From Mobula hypostoma (lineage: Eukaryota): 64,000 nt of DNA. The DNA is taken from contig NC_086106.1 of assembly GCF_963921235.1 (NCBI RefSeq), positions 25,358,001-25,422,000 on the forward strand, given 5' to 3'. Made by a program: the position numbers and the translations under genes. The notes under the pieces were generated by a model. That model did no database searches, had not been told where the DNA came from, and saw only the letters and a program-made list of their open reading frames with translations. Positions 37,845 to 49,900 of the stretch are shown in pieces (the stretch's first letter is position 1; every line of letters starts with the position of its first letter).

Positions 37845-38480
37845 TAGATTATTTAGATTATGAAGACACGTAATACCCTTTTATTGTCAATAAGTAATGC
37901 ATGCATTAAGAATTGACACATTATTTCCTCCGGTGTGATATCACAAAAACACAAGACGAACCAATACTGAAAAAAAACTGACAAAACCACATAATTTTAC
38001 GTATAGTTACAACTGTGCAACAATACCATAAATTGATGAAAAGTCCAGGAGCACAGTAAATTTCAAAGTTTCTCAAATGTCCCACATCTCACGCAGACGG
38101 GCGACGGAAGGAAGATAAACTCTACCTGCCATGCGCGACCACAATCCATCTCTGAGTCATCCGAAAACTTCAAGCTCTGATCAGCTCTCCGACACCTAGT
38201 ACTGAGCGCCATCTCTGGACGAGCGATTCGACCTCTTTCTCGGTCGCCAAAAGCTAGCAAGGCGGGGAATTTGAGGCCTACCCTCGAAAGATTCCCGACC
38301 GCACAGTAACGACAGCAGCGGACGAGCGTTCAGAAATTTCTCCAGATGTTCCTCTGTGCCTTCACGTCTGTCTCCATCAAATTAGAAATTGTTCACGGCC
38401 CTTATTTAACAGATACGACATCTTTTTTTAAACCGGAGAGCTGCGCACGCGCGGTGCGCTGCCATCTTCTGCTCCCGCTA
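37845..38480 (-). mobile_element. Non-autonomous non-LTR-like repeat (relative at about 34320-34990)
   Basis: Both copies share an end (agattatga...ttttattgtca...ctccgg.gtga.atcac); AAGATGGCAGCG-type start. Confidence 0.5.
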
Positions 38481-38502
38481 AGTCACAGACGCGGTTGCAG
38501 GC

Positions 38503-38562
38503 GAGGTCACAGACGAGGTCACTGATGAGGTCACTGACGAGGTCACTGATGAGGTCACTGAC
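38503..38562. repeat. 12-bp tandem repeat x5 (gaggtcactga[c/t])
   Basis: Five near-identical units. Confidence 0.95.
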
Positions 38563-39660
38563 GAAGGTTGCGGAAAATGTTTCAGAGCAGTTTTCAGAGG
38601 AGGTTACAGACGACGTACAGAAGTGGTAACTCACGGGGTTCTGAAGGGAATGGTCCATCCACTGTCACTGAGCCCCAGAGATATTTATGTTGCCAGCCGG
38701 AGATGAGAATCAGGTGCCTCAATTATGGCCCCCGATGTAACAAGAGGAAAACGAAATAACCGGAGTACCGAATCCACGGACCGGGCAGTGAACCGCAATG
38801 AGCACTTCACGGAGTGGACCGTCACATCCGTAAGTTGCTCTGCTAAATGGGAGCTGAACCGGGGAAGTCAGAATTGAGACTATTTAGACAGCGATCTGAA
38901 TGGAACTATGACACTGTCCACTTCTTAATAACTAACTCTGATTCTAATGTATTTGTCGATCTCATACTTCTGTCCTTCGTTGCACTTAATATAACACTTC
39001 ATTACCAGCAATGGATCGCCTTCCTTGGTCCGTCTTTCATGACTGTCTTAAATTTTCGTTGCCGTGGCACGCTATACCTGTCTCTGTAGTCCAATCTAGT
39101 CCTTTATTTGTCTACTCCATACCCCCGCCGTCCATCTATTTCTCTCTCTCTCTCTCTCTCTCATCTCGCTCCCTAGCGCTGTGGGAACATCCGTTCGCAA
39201 GCTGCCAGTTCACTCGGTATTCCGGTATTCATTGTCAATCTGAAAAAAAAGTCAATTGTTCTCCACTTTTAGGAAGCTAATGATAATAGAGTCCAACTGA
39301 TTTTTTTCTTCATCAGAGGGACTTACATGACAGCTTAGCCGATGCTGTCTAGTCACATGCACCCTCAACATCTCCAGATTGCACTCATGTTCACTGTTCA
39401 TCGCGCAAGCTCGTCACAAATTATGTCCGGCCAAATGTTAACCACACAATATTGTTATAGGCAACAGACACACAATATTGTTATGGACACTGAGATATAC
39501 TGAAAAATGTCTCGGAAAAATGCCACAGTAATATGAGGTAGAGCTGAATTCAAGAAGTGTTCTTCAATGTTTGGCGCAGTTTGCTGCTGAATGCGGCATT
39601 TGAAACCGAGCACGTGATCCTTATGCTTTGTGCGTGTGGCTGTTCCAGTCTCCCAGCTAA

Positions 39661-39675
39661 GGCGCCCTCTAGTGA
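39661..39675 (-). promoter_or_regulatory. CTCF-like motif TCACTAGAGGGCGCC
   Basis: Near-consensus; identical copy at 61891-61905. Confidence 0.75.
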
Positions 39676-39713
39676 TCACGTGTCCGGACCCACTGTGTCC
39701 CTGAAATTCTGCA

Positions 39714-40143
39714 GGGTGCATTGCACAGTGGTATACGCCAGAGTCTGGAACAGGAACTCCAGATATATATAAATGAGCTGACTGTGCCTCTGTGTATATC
39801 AGCTGAAAATCTCGCCGAACATTCTGGAGGTTACTGCAGTGTTCTTGAGTAATATACTTTCAGCATTTATTTTTCGAGGTATTCTGCGATGCTGAGTGGA
39901 TCAAAAATATTTGCACTAGTTCTTGTGTAATTGCAGTTTAGTGTTATGAGCTGACATTCGTCAGCCGTTAATTTGGTAGCATACTGGATCACTGAAACTT
40001 TCTCTCTCGTTCCTGTATTAAAGAAAAAAATGCGCTAATATCCCGGACTTTCACTGAACTCACTTGGCACTGTCTCGTCATATGTGCAGCGTCTTGCCTT
40101 TCAGAATGATGAATGTAATGAATACGAAACAAAGGGAGCACAT
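39714..40143 (-). pseudogene. V pseudogene (family C)
   Basis: Leader MCSLCFVFITFIILK with a GC donor and 85-nt intron; LNCNYT, frameshift at W41, further frameshifts/stop, GVPVPDSGVYHCAM; heptamer decayed and nonamer partly deleted. Confidence 0.88.
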
Positions 40144-41127
40144 GCTCTGGCTGCAGCCTCGATAAAACGGTAGATAACTTCCAAGAAATTATCACTATGG
40201 CAGATGCTAGGGAGTAAAATCGTATCATAAATAGATTTCACTCTGCCCTGCTCAATGATTGGTAGATAAAACGGAGCCGATGCTCTACGAACACGAAAAA
40301 GAAAACCCGATTTCGTTGATTTCCGCTCTCTGCCTTTTTTCCCCACTTTCCCCACAATCTTCCTCCCTCTTCTCTCTCCACTCCCGATCTCTCTCCATCT
40401 ACCTATTTATCTATCTTTCTCTCTTTCTCACTCTCTTGCTCTTTCCCCACCTTCTTCTCTCTTTCGCTGTCCTTCCGAAAACTAATTTCTATTTATCTAC
40501 CTATTTTGTTCGCTCCATGAATTCATTCTCGCTTCCTTTGCCTCTCCTCTCTCCCTTCTCACAGCATGTCACTCCATGCTAACCAGTGTATTACAGAGTC
40601 ATTCACCATGTTATGACTTTCTACTGGACCTGCTATCTATCTTATCAATAGCCTTTTTAAGTTATTGGCGAAATACCTTTCAATCTATCCGCATCCCACT
40701 AGATATTCCTAGTCAATAGCACACCAAATATTTACATCCCTAATATTTTTTGTATAAGTGAACCAATCTCCTATCCATGGCAATAGACTCAATAGAGAAC
40801 TTATTCTCTGCAGTAGCCTTCGCCCTCATATCTTAATGACTCCTTTCTCAGAATGTAAAAACCCTGTAAGTCCTGTTCACCGTGTACCATGAAGGACATT
40901 TTGTGAAGAGTTCAAAGTCCTGACCGTTATTGTAGACAACAAGGTGAAATAGATATTCAGATATCTCGAAAATATTTTAACTTCTTATTTGTACCTACAC
41001 ACTGAACTTAGGCGTAGACGCCTGCGATCCTGAGAGCTGCCAGATTAAGGCGAACGAGCGATCTGCCTTCGTCTTTGCGTCGAATCTTGATTCGCTCTCT
41101 AGTCAGCGCTCTGTACACCAGTTGGAG

Positions 41128-41250
41128 ACTGTATTTCCACGTCTATTATTCCCCTCTAACGGGGAGTGCTGCATGGCAGAAAGATACAAGGAAGAGTCCG
41201 ATGCAAGACCCTCGGTGATGTATCATTGAACCATCTTCGATCATTTCGCA
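41128..41250 (-). pseudogene. Fossil V 3' end with degenerate 23-RSS
   Basis: KMVQ*YITEGLASDSSLYLSAMQ, a 23-nt spacer-like stretch, nonamer-like AAATACAGT, then CTCF-like TGACTAGAGAGCG. Confidence 0.65.
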
Positions 41251-41339
41251 AAGCAATAGTAAACAGCAAAGCATCAATTAACGACAGGTTGGGGTGCGGA
41301 AAAAAGACAGAGATGATGCAATAAATTCAGTCTTCAAGG

Positions 41340-43530
41340 CAGGGGCGGCGCTAATGTGGTGCTAACTGGGGCTATAGCCCCAGCAGAAATTGCAATAGCA
41401 CCAGCGTAGCACCACCAAGAAATTAACTGAAATTTGACATACAAATTGCAGCTTCTTTGCTTTCTGTGTATAGCTTTGAATACAGCTTGTTTCTGCAGTT
41501 GAGCGAGTGAAACAACACCCTCAACTACTATAGCACCCACGCAGCAATAAAGTTATAAACTCTTGAGATCCACTCTACACTTCTGCTTATTCGGTCGTTG
41601 TCAATGTCTCGCCGTTGCTGTCCTCAGATCAGTTCAGCTGATCTAAGATCACTTAAGGTGGTGATGTCACTCACTGTCACTCACGCGAGAGATTTGTAGT
41701 ACACATCCAGGCGCAGATCCATGGTCTCGCGAGACCAACGGATGCCCTCCAACACACACACACACACACACACACACTCGTTGTGCTTTTCCAATCTAAC
41801 GTGGGCCTAGCAAGTGCATTATTTTGGCGGCGTGAAGAATAGATCGAATTTTAGTGAGACAACGACCTCGTCCAGAAGAATTTGTGGTGTCTCAGCCTGA
41901 GCTTGTCTTAAGTGACATGCAGAAAGAAGTAAGTGGGGATGAGGACGACAGCAGTTGGTCGAAGGAGTGTGAGGGCGAAGTAGAGGAACAAGAAGTGGAG
42001 CGGGATTCGGAAGAGAACGTGAATGAAGCTGCTCTTAGTGCTAGAGGAAATACTGTTAGAGATATTCGCCAGCAGCCTGAGGAAGGACCCCATCGGCCAG
42101 CATTGAAAAGTACCCTTCGCTGCTCGCAACAGTTTGGCATTAAGCAAAGGAGGTTTATTCGTGGCTGGCTTGACTGACTGGAATATTCAATCGCGAAAGA
42201 TACTACGTTCTGCTTCGCATGCAGGCAATTCCTGTGTGGAGTACATGGGTTCCATTCTGAATGTACCTTCACTGCCACCGGTTACCACAACTGGCGGAAA
42301 GCTACAACATCTTTTAAACACACCATGTAAGTGCAGCTCAGGAGATTGCTATGGAGGCTCGAGCAGAATTCAGATTGAGAAAACAAGATGGTTCAAGTTT
42401 GGGAAATATGCTTGACAAAGAACATGCAAAGATTGTCCAAGAAAAGCGTGAGTATATGACAGCTGTGGTTGAGTCTCTGGCAATGACAGACAGCGAATGA
42501 CACAGTGGAATTTCTAGCTCTAATGCGACCCTATCGCGATGCATTTATAAAATTATACAAACTAATCTGCATATCACTGACTCTACCGGTGACATCTGTT
42601 TCATGCAAATGGAGTTTCTCTTGCCTCACACGCCTCAAAAACTACGTAAGGAATAGCAGCGGCGATGCTCAGAACAGCAACTTGGCCCTGTAGGCCTGAA
42701 ATAGCCGGAGGGCCAAAGCACTTGGCATTCAACAAATCATTGATGCTTTCACCACCAACGACAAAAACAGATGGATTGTGCTTCTATGAAAACATCAATA
42801 TGGAGTAGTTTTATTTTTTTCAATTTGGGACAAGACTAATGCTGATTATTATTATTATTATTATTATTATTATTTTGTAGTGGATCCCCCATAGTCTTTA
42901 TGTTTCTTGCAAATCCTAAAGTATTACATTTACTGCTGTTAAGCCTATTGGTTTTGCTTAGACTTCCAAGCGGTGATTCTGTTGATTTTTGTTTTAAATT
43001 CAGTAGCCGAATTAATTGTGGTATTGCACGGTCAGATTGCGATTTGTCCAACTCCTGGTAAATCCTTGCATCTGTTGTTTACCTTATTTGACTTTAATAA
43101 AGGTGCGTCTTTAGGCATTGTCTGCCTATGTAATGAGAATCGCAGTGGACATTGTGGGTTAGTGTTGTGTCTTTCAGTTGAAAAGCAGGCATTTGACGTT
43201 GATTGCGGAATTGGTGCGTGATTCACGTTGTGCGCTATGGGTCGGCTGCAGTGTTGGTTTGTTTGTTTATGTTCTGTGTAGTTCAGGTTGTCTCCGATGG
43301 TGCTGACTCTGTCACAGTCAACTTCTATATTATATTTATCAATTGCTGTTGCTTGTGAATCAACAGAGGCATTTGTAGTAGGCACATCATGCTTGAAGCT
43401 GACTTTTGAACGCCATGCGTCTGGCTTTGCCAATACATATTACCATAGGGTACATCCCTCAGCACCATCACTGAATAATCCAGCCCCACCGTAGCACCAG
43501 CAAGAAAAAAAATCTCTGGCGCCACTACTG
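41340..43530 (+). mobile_element. Internally deleted hAT DNA transposon
   Basis: D*LEYSIAKDTTFCFACRQF (TTF-type zinc finger), LTLPVTSVSCKWSFSCLTRLKNY (hAT dimerisation domain), imperfect TIRs CAGGGGCGGCGC/CAGTAGTGGCGC; no TSD match. Confidence 0.85.
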
Positions 43531-43539
43531 CTCCTCACT

Positions 43540-43900
43540 ATCAGCAAAACAAATGAACGGGTCATTGACTTCAGAAAGGGAGAGGGTGAGCGAACATAAC
43601 CAATAACTTTTTTCAGGTTCAGCACTTTGGCGCCATGTCCAAGGAAGCTCAAAAATGCAATCAAGATCTCAGGAGGCAAAATAAAATTCGCATGACCCCA
43701 TTGACCCGGAGTAATTTTTGATGAACCCTGTAGAAAACATCAGTTCCAGACGCATCATGGCTTGAATGGCAAATATTCTGCCAGTGACTGCAAGAACTTC
43801 GGCCGAGTTATGGACACAAGCTAGAACATTACTGATAGAACATGAATTCTGCCTGCACTCTTGCTGAATCAGTGAAGCACCAGGCACTTTCAAAATATTA
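43540..43900 (+). mobile_element. Rex1/Babar-like LINE RT fragment
   Basis: KTNERVIDFRKG and a degenerate AWxGNCSA.D.K.L.RV-like segment. Confidence 0.65.
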
Positions 43901-44489
43901 CCCATTCTCGACATTCGTTCATTTCTCCCCTCCAATCCGGCAACAGATATAGAAACATCAGAGTCAACCTCTAAAATTCTATTAAAAGACAACTGCGTAA
44001 TTACCCTGTAAGGTAAGTTGAACAGTTGACGTCGCAAGTTAAATCAAACGAAATTCACCATTTCGTCGACTGGCGCAACACTTTCTTTGCAGCTGCTTAA
44101 CTGTATTGCCAATTCTGTTGTTGACGCAGCTTGCACACCTTCAATGCACAATGTAATGATTTGATGCCTGTAAAAATATGCACGGCAGTATATTCACTGT
44201 ACCTCCGTGGATAAGTCACTCTCTAACCAAAGACTAAACCAGCTGGTCAGTCGCTGTGAGTAAGCAGGTGAGGCAAGAAATTAAACCGACATTATTTAAA
44301 GTATAGGACATAGGGTGAGCAACTAAACGTGGCGGTGGTCGTGTTCGGAAGTATGTTTTATTTGTCGCCGTGCTACATGCTGCCCCCCCACCCCCCCGAT
44401 ATTTCCAGGAACCCTGTTTCAGTCCGACCACTGATGTTGTCTGAATGTATGTCTCGATGTGACCATTTGCCTCGCTTCTCCGGAATCCG

Positions 44490-44670
44490 AAAGACCATAA
44501 GACCATATGATATAGGAAAAGAAGTACGTCATTCATTTCATCGAGTCCGCTCTGCCATTCAATCATGGGCTGATCCAATTCATCCAGACATCGCCATTCC
44601 TCAGCCTGCTCCCCATACTTTTTGATGTACAGGCTAATCAAGAACCTATCCATCTCTGCCTTAAACAAAC
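44490..44670 (-). mobile_element. CR1 3' end fragment
   Basis: Reverse-oriented accataagaccat tail and FKAEMDRFL. Confidence 0.7.
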
Positions 44671-46536
44671 CCGAAGTTTGTGAGAGGCGCCGGATCCTTA
44701 TGGGTTGAGTAAGAAACTGCAAGTGTTAAGGAATCCTGCTGGCAGCTATATACAAGCCTCCCGACAGTATGTGGAATGTGGGGCACAGATTACAGGAGGA
44801 AATGGAATAGGGATTTCAAAAGGGTAACGTTATGATAGTCATGGGGGATGTCAACATGCAGGTTGATTGGACAAGTCAGGTTAGATATGGATCTCAAGAG
44901 AGGGAGTTTATTGAATGCCTGTGAAACGACATTTTAGAGCAGATTGTCCATCACCCTACAAGGCGATCAGTTGTACAGGATTGCCTATTGTGCAATAAAC
45001 TGGATATAATTAGTGACCTGAGGATAAAACAACAATTTCAAGGCAGTGATCCAAATATGATTGATTTCAACTTGAAATTTGGCAGTGAGAAAGTAAAGTC
45101 TGACGAAGCAGCATTTCAGCACAGTAAAGGAAATTTCATATGTATGAGAGGGGAGTTGGTCAACGAATTCAGAAGGCAGGAATTGGAAGAACAGACTGCA
45201 AGGGTGGACAACAGACCAGTAAGGGCGTGAATTTCTGGGGAAAATGAGAAAGGTGCTCGATAGCAGTATCCAAAAATGAGGAAATACGCAAATGGAAAAG
45301 TAGTGCAACCGCGGATGACAAGGGGAGTCAAAGCTATTCTAAAAGCAAAAGAGCATGTATAAAACTAAGCAAAAATTTGTAGCACGACAGAGGATTAGGA
45401 AGCATTCAGAACCCTGGAGAAAAAACTAAAAGAATGATGAGGAGGTAAAAGATGGTATATGAACGCAAGCTAACAAACTATATCAAAGTGGATAAGAAAA
45501 GTTATTTATCAACAACGTAAAAAAAATAAAAGTGAGATGAGAGTGCATATAGAAAGCAAGAAAATGTAGACGAAGAAATAATGCTGGGGGACAAGTTGAT
45601 GGCAGATGGACGATATAAGTATTTCACATCAGGCTTCACTGTGGAAGACCTGATCAGCGGGTCAGACATTGAAAGGTGCAAAGGAAGACATCTGAGTGCA
45701 ATTACAGTTACAAGGGTGAATGCCCTTAAAACGCTGAATGACAGAAGAGTATATAAGTCATCCGAACCAGATGAACTGCACCCTTGCGCCCTGAAAGTGG
45801 TAGCGGTAGAGATTGTGGAGGCATTAAGAATGATTTTTTTCAAAATTATTGTCAATGATATAGATGATGGAATATATGGCTGTGTTGCCATGTTTGTAGA
45901 TGACACAATCACTGATGGAAGGATAAGTCGTTCTGAGGAAACATGCAGGCTACAGAAGGACAGAAAGATGAGGTGAATTGGCAAGGGAGTGGCAGACGAA
46001 GTAAAATGCACCAAAACCCATGTCATGTACAATGGTGTGAGAAATAAATATGCAGACTATTTTGTAAGCGGGTAAAAAATCCAAAAATCTCCGATAAAAA
46101 GAGACTTGGAGGATCCAAGTGCCGAACACGCAGACGGTTACCTTGCAGGTCAAAACGGCGGTGATAAAGAAAAATACAATGTTAGAATTCATTTCAAGAT
46201 GTGCAGAATAAATGGGCAGAGACGTAATGCAGAGGATTTATAGGACACGTGAGGCCCCTCACAGTGAGCATTCTGAACAGTTTTAGGTTCCTATTCTGAC
46301 AAAGATGTACTGGCATTGGAAAGGGTTCAGAGGACATTTACATGGATGACACAGTCAACCCGCAAGCAAAGCAGCTGTCCAACTAACTGAAAACTGTAGT
46401 CAGTAATTTTTCCCCTTTCCCCTGGAGTTTCGCCTGCTTAAGCCAATCACGTGACAGTGGTGGCTATGTGTTTGCGCCCCGGCTGTTTTCCGGCAAAGGG
46501 CTCCCTCTAGCGAGCGCTCACTGCATCACGGAGGAC

Positions 46537-46575
46537 GGATTTTGTCTTGAGCTGTCATCGCCTTGCAACACTGTG
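46537..46575 (-). other. 23-RSS (CACAGTG-23-ACAAAATCC)
   Basis: Canonical heptamer, 23-nt spacer. Confidence 0.93.
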
Positions 46576-46986
46576 GGCATCATGGCACAAAGATAAACGG
46601 CGGAGTCCGACACAAGAGCACCAGAGATGTTCAAATGGGCTGCCTTGCTGTCACGCTGCCAACCAGCGGTAAACCTCGCTGGATTCCGGTCCATCTTCCC
46701 AGTCAGCAAATATCTTGGAGATTCCTCGCGATGCTGAACGTACCAAACGATAGAATAAGGATTACCAGTGTAATTACAGTTCAGTGTTACACTTTGTTCT
46801 TCCGTAATCGTTAATTCAAGAGGCCATTGTGTCACCGAATCTTTCCCATTTGTTCCTGCAATAAAAGGACAGAATGCATGAACAGATCGGGATTTCTTCC
46901 ACATACGGAACAGATATAGGCCGTCATCGCGGAGACTCACCGGGCATCATAGTCAATATAATCAGCAGATAACACAGAGAATTCAT
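46576..46986 (-). CDS. TCR V segment (family A) with in-frame CDR2/FR3 deletions, potentially functional; leader 46986-46941, V exon 46855-46576
   Basis: Leader MNSLCYLLIILTMMP, GT-AG intron, open exon, C23/W41/C104 intact; PRYLLTGKMDRNPARF versus PRYLLKVYSTGKMERHLECPVRF in its paralog. Confidence 0.9.
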
Positions 46987-49900
46987 GGTGTCTGGCTTCA
47001 AACTCGATCGAAAGACAGCTTACTTTCAACAAGTTAATATCCTTGACCGATATTGAAGACTAAACTCAGATCTGCAGCTTATTTCAGCTGGCTTTTCCCT
47101 GCCATTGGATTGATTGGCTGTGAGCACCGATCTGCGCCGGTCCGAGCACCAATCACAGATAGGTTTGTTTCAGTTCCTCTATATGCTTTTAAAGATCCGA
47201 CGCCGGGAGATGTATATAGCGTCGCGTTAACCACTGTGCAAGAGTTGTTATACTTCACTCGCTCTCTCTTGCATTCTTCTTCCAGTCAGGCTCCCATCCC
47301 TATTTCTCTCTCCTCTCCATGTTTATCACTGTACTCTTTGTTCTACCGATCACCATCACTCGCTCTCTCACTTCTTCATTTATCTTCCGTAACCCCGAGT
47401 TATCCACTTTGTCATTCCATCATACCAAACTGCCCACTTTCTCCCCCCATTTTACTCGCCATATCAACTGCCCACCGTTTTCCCTGGATATCACTTCCTC
47501 TGCCCACTCGCAAACCGCAATTCACACTCACACGAATTTATCTCCACATTTCTCCCCTCCGGCAAACAGGCGAAACGCCACTGAGACAGACAATGAGAAA
47601 AACGTCTTCACTCGGGGGAGCGGGGAATGCGCCTTGTGTGCTAGTCTCTTGTCTCGCTGCGATTCTGCCTTCTCTCTCCAGGAAAGTTGTTGTCGCTCCT
47701 GTCTTGTGGACGGACGAGAGTTGGATGAAAAAATTGCAGATGCTGAAAATCCAACGCAACTCACAAAGCTCTGGAGGAAGTCAGCAGGTTAGGACAAATC
47801 TGGGGAAAATGTAAGTAGTCGACGTTTCGGGCCGAGCCCCTTCTTCAGGACTGAGAACTAAGTAGGGAGATGTATAAATTTAAATGTGAAGGAACATGAA
47901 AGAGGCTGACTAAAAGGCTATAGGTGAAACCAGGTAGCTGGGAAAAGCCAAGGGCTGTGGAATAAAGAAACTGATTTTCTTATTAAGGTATGATCTTATT
48001 CAATTGCGGAACAGGTTCGACGGGTAAAATGGCAAACTCCTAGTCTTATTTCTTATGGTATTTCGTTCTGCCCTTCCACGATCATTAATTCGCTCACATC
48101 CTGAGTTACCGAATTTACCCCACTCGTATCTGTAACAGCTCTCGCAGAGCGTGAGTGGCGCCGAATCGTAATGACGGTGTAGAACACGCGCAAACTGAAG
48201 AAGAAGAAGAAATTATCCAGACAGAGCAGCCATTAAAATCATAAACAAACACGAGCGTGATACGGTGTCGGCCTTAACATCAACAATAGGATTATATCAA
48301 ATTTTGAGCCAGGTGAAGGTAATTACGTCACGTCAGGAGCATCAGAGGCTCGGGGGAGACAAGTGCCCTTCCTCTCGAACGGGATTGGTTTATTGCCTAT
48401 GATGTGCCTTCGACTCGACAGGCGTATTGGCTCCAGGTCAGCTTCTCTTAGAGCTTCATTTCTCCCCTCTTACTTTACACAGCGTAGTAGATGTCTGTTG
48501 TGTTTTCTTCTTGGCAAATTTTGGAGACCTGGGAGATCCAGAGTCTTCCAGGGAACTACATCTGCAAGGAATGCATCTAGAAGAGCCCCTTGAAGACCAT
48601 GGTAGGAACTGGAGTGACCATCTCAATGACCTTCGGCTTGTACGACAGAGCGAGAATATAATCGATCGGAGTCATAGGGAAGTAGTCACCGCAAAACTGC
48701 AGGAGGCAAGTGGCTATTGGACTATCAGGAGAAATGGAAATGTGAATAACAGTTAGCGCAGCGCACCCCTGCGGTCATTCCTGTCAATAGTAAGAATATT
48801 TTTCTGCATACCTATCTTGGGGATGAACTCACAGGGGAATGCTAGGGAGACACGGCTAACGCAACGCAGCATAGGTCCGAGCTGCAGATGGGAAAGAGGA
48901 AGAAGAAGGGAGCGGTAGCGATAGGGGTCTCAGCAATCATGGGAACAGACAGGAGATTCTGTGGACCCAAGCACAGTACCCTGATAGTATTCTGCCTCCG
49001 ATATATTAGCTTCGAATCGCGTCAACGACATTTTAGAGAGGGAGGAACAGCATCCAGATGTCATGGTACACATTGGCAACAATCAACAATGAAGGAAAAG
49101 CAAAGAGATCCTGAAACGTGTATTTGCAAAGCAAGGAAGAAGGCACGAGCTGATGCTGACGGGTGCGAGGGATGTGCAGTTACTGTTACAAGGCTCCAAG
49201 AGCCGAAAGAGCTAAGTCAACCGTACCGGATGAACTGCAACCTCGGGTTCTGAAAGAAGTAGTGGCAGAGATTATGGCGATATTATTAATGATCTTTCAA
49301 AATTATGCCTGAGGAATGTAAAATTGGAAAACTCACTCTATTCTTTAAGAAAAGAAGAAATTAAAGTCCTGTTAGCCTGACCTCAGTGGTTGGGAATATG
49401 TTGGATTCAATTGTTAAGGCTGAAATTCGGTTTATTTGGTGACATGGGACCAGACAGGAGAAAGGCAACATGGTTTCCTTAAGGAAAAGATTGCCTGACG
49501 ATCATGTTGGAATCATCGGAGAAGACTACACGTAAGTTAGATAAAGCGGGTGCAATGGATGTTGTATGTAAAGAGTTTCATAAGGCCTTTGCCAAGGTGC
49601 CAAATATGAGGATGCTTACCAAGTTAAGAACCTATGGTATTACAGGAAGTTTACTGGCAGAGTTAGAGCACCAGCTGTTTGGCAAAAGGGAGCGAATAGC
49701 ACTAAAATAATCACTCTCCGGTTGGCTGCCGGTGAGAAGTGGTGCTCCGCAGGCCTCCGTGCTGGGACCAATGGTTCTTATGTTGTACATCAATGATTTA
49801 AATGATAGAACTCTTCACTTTGTTGCCACGTTTGCAGATGATTCGCAGACTGATGAAGGGTCAGGGTGCATTAATAAAACAGGTAATATGCATAAGGCCT

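Noticed and set aside
36171-38562. Short direct-repeat arrays as CRISPR-like
   Set aside because: Head-to-tail minisatellites with no spacers, in eukaryotic DNA
39691-39697. Canonical CACAGTG near the 39.7-kb V end
   Set aside because: It lies inside the spacer and has no nonamer at 12 or 23 bp
41340-43530. hAT element as an active or RAG-related transposon
   Set aside because: Most of the transposase is deleted, stops are present, no TSD, and the ends are not RSS-like
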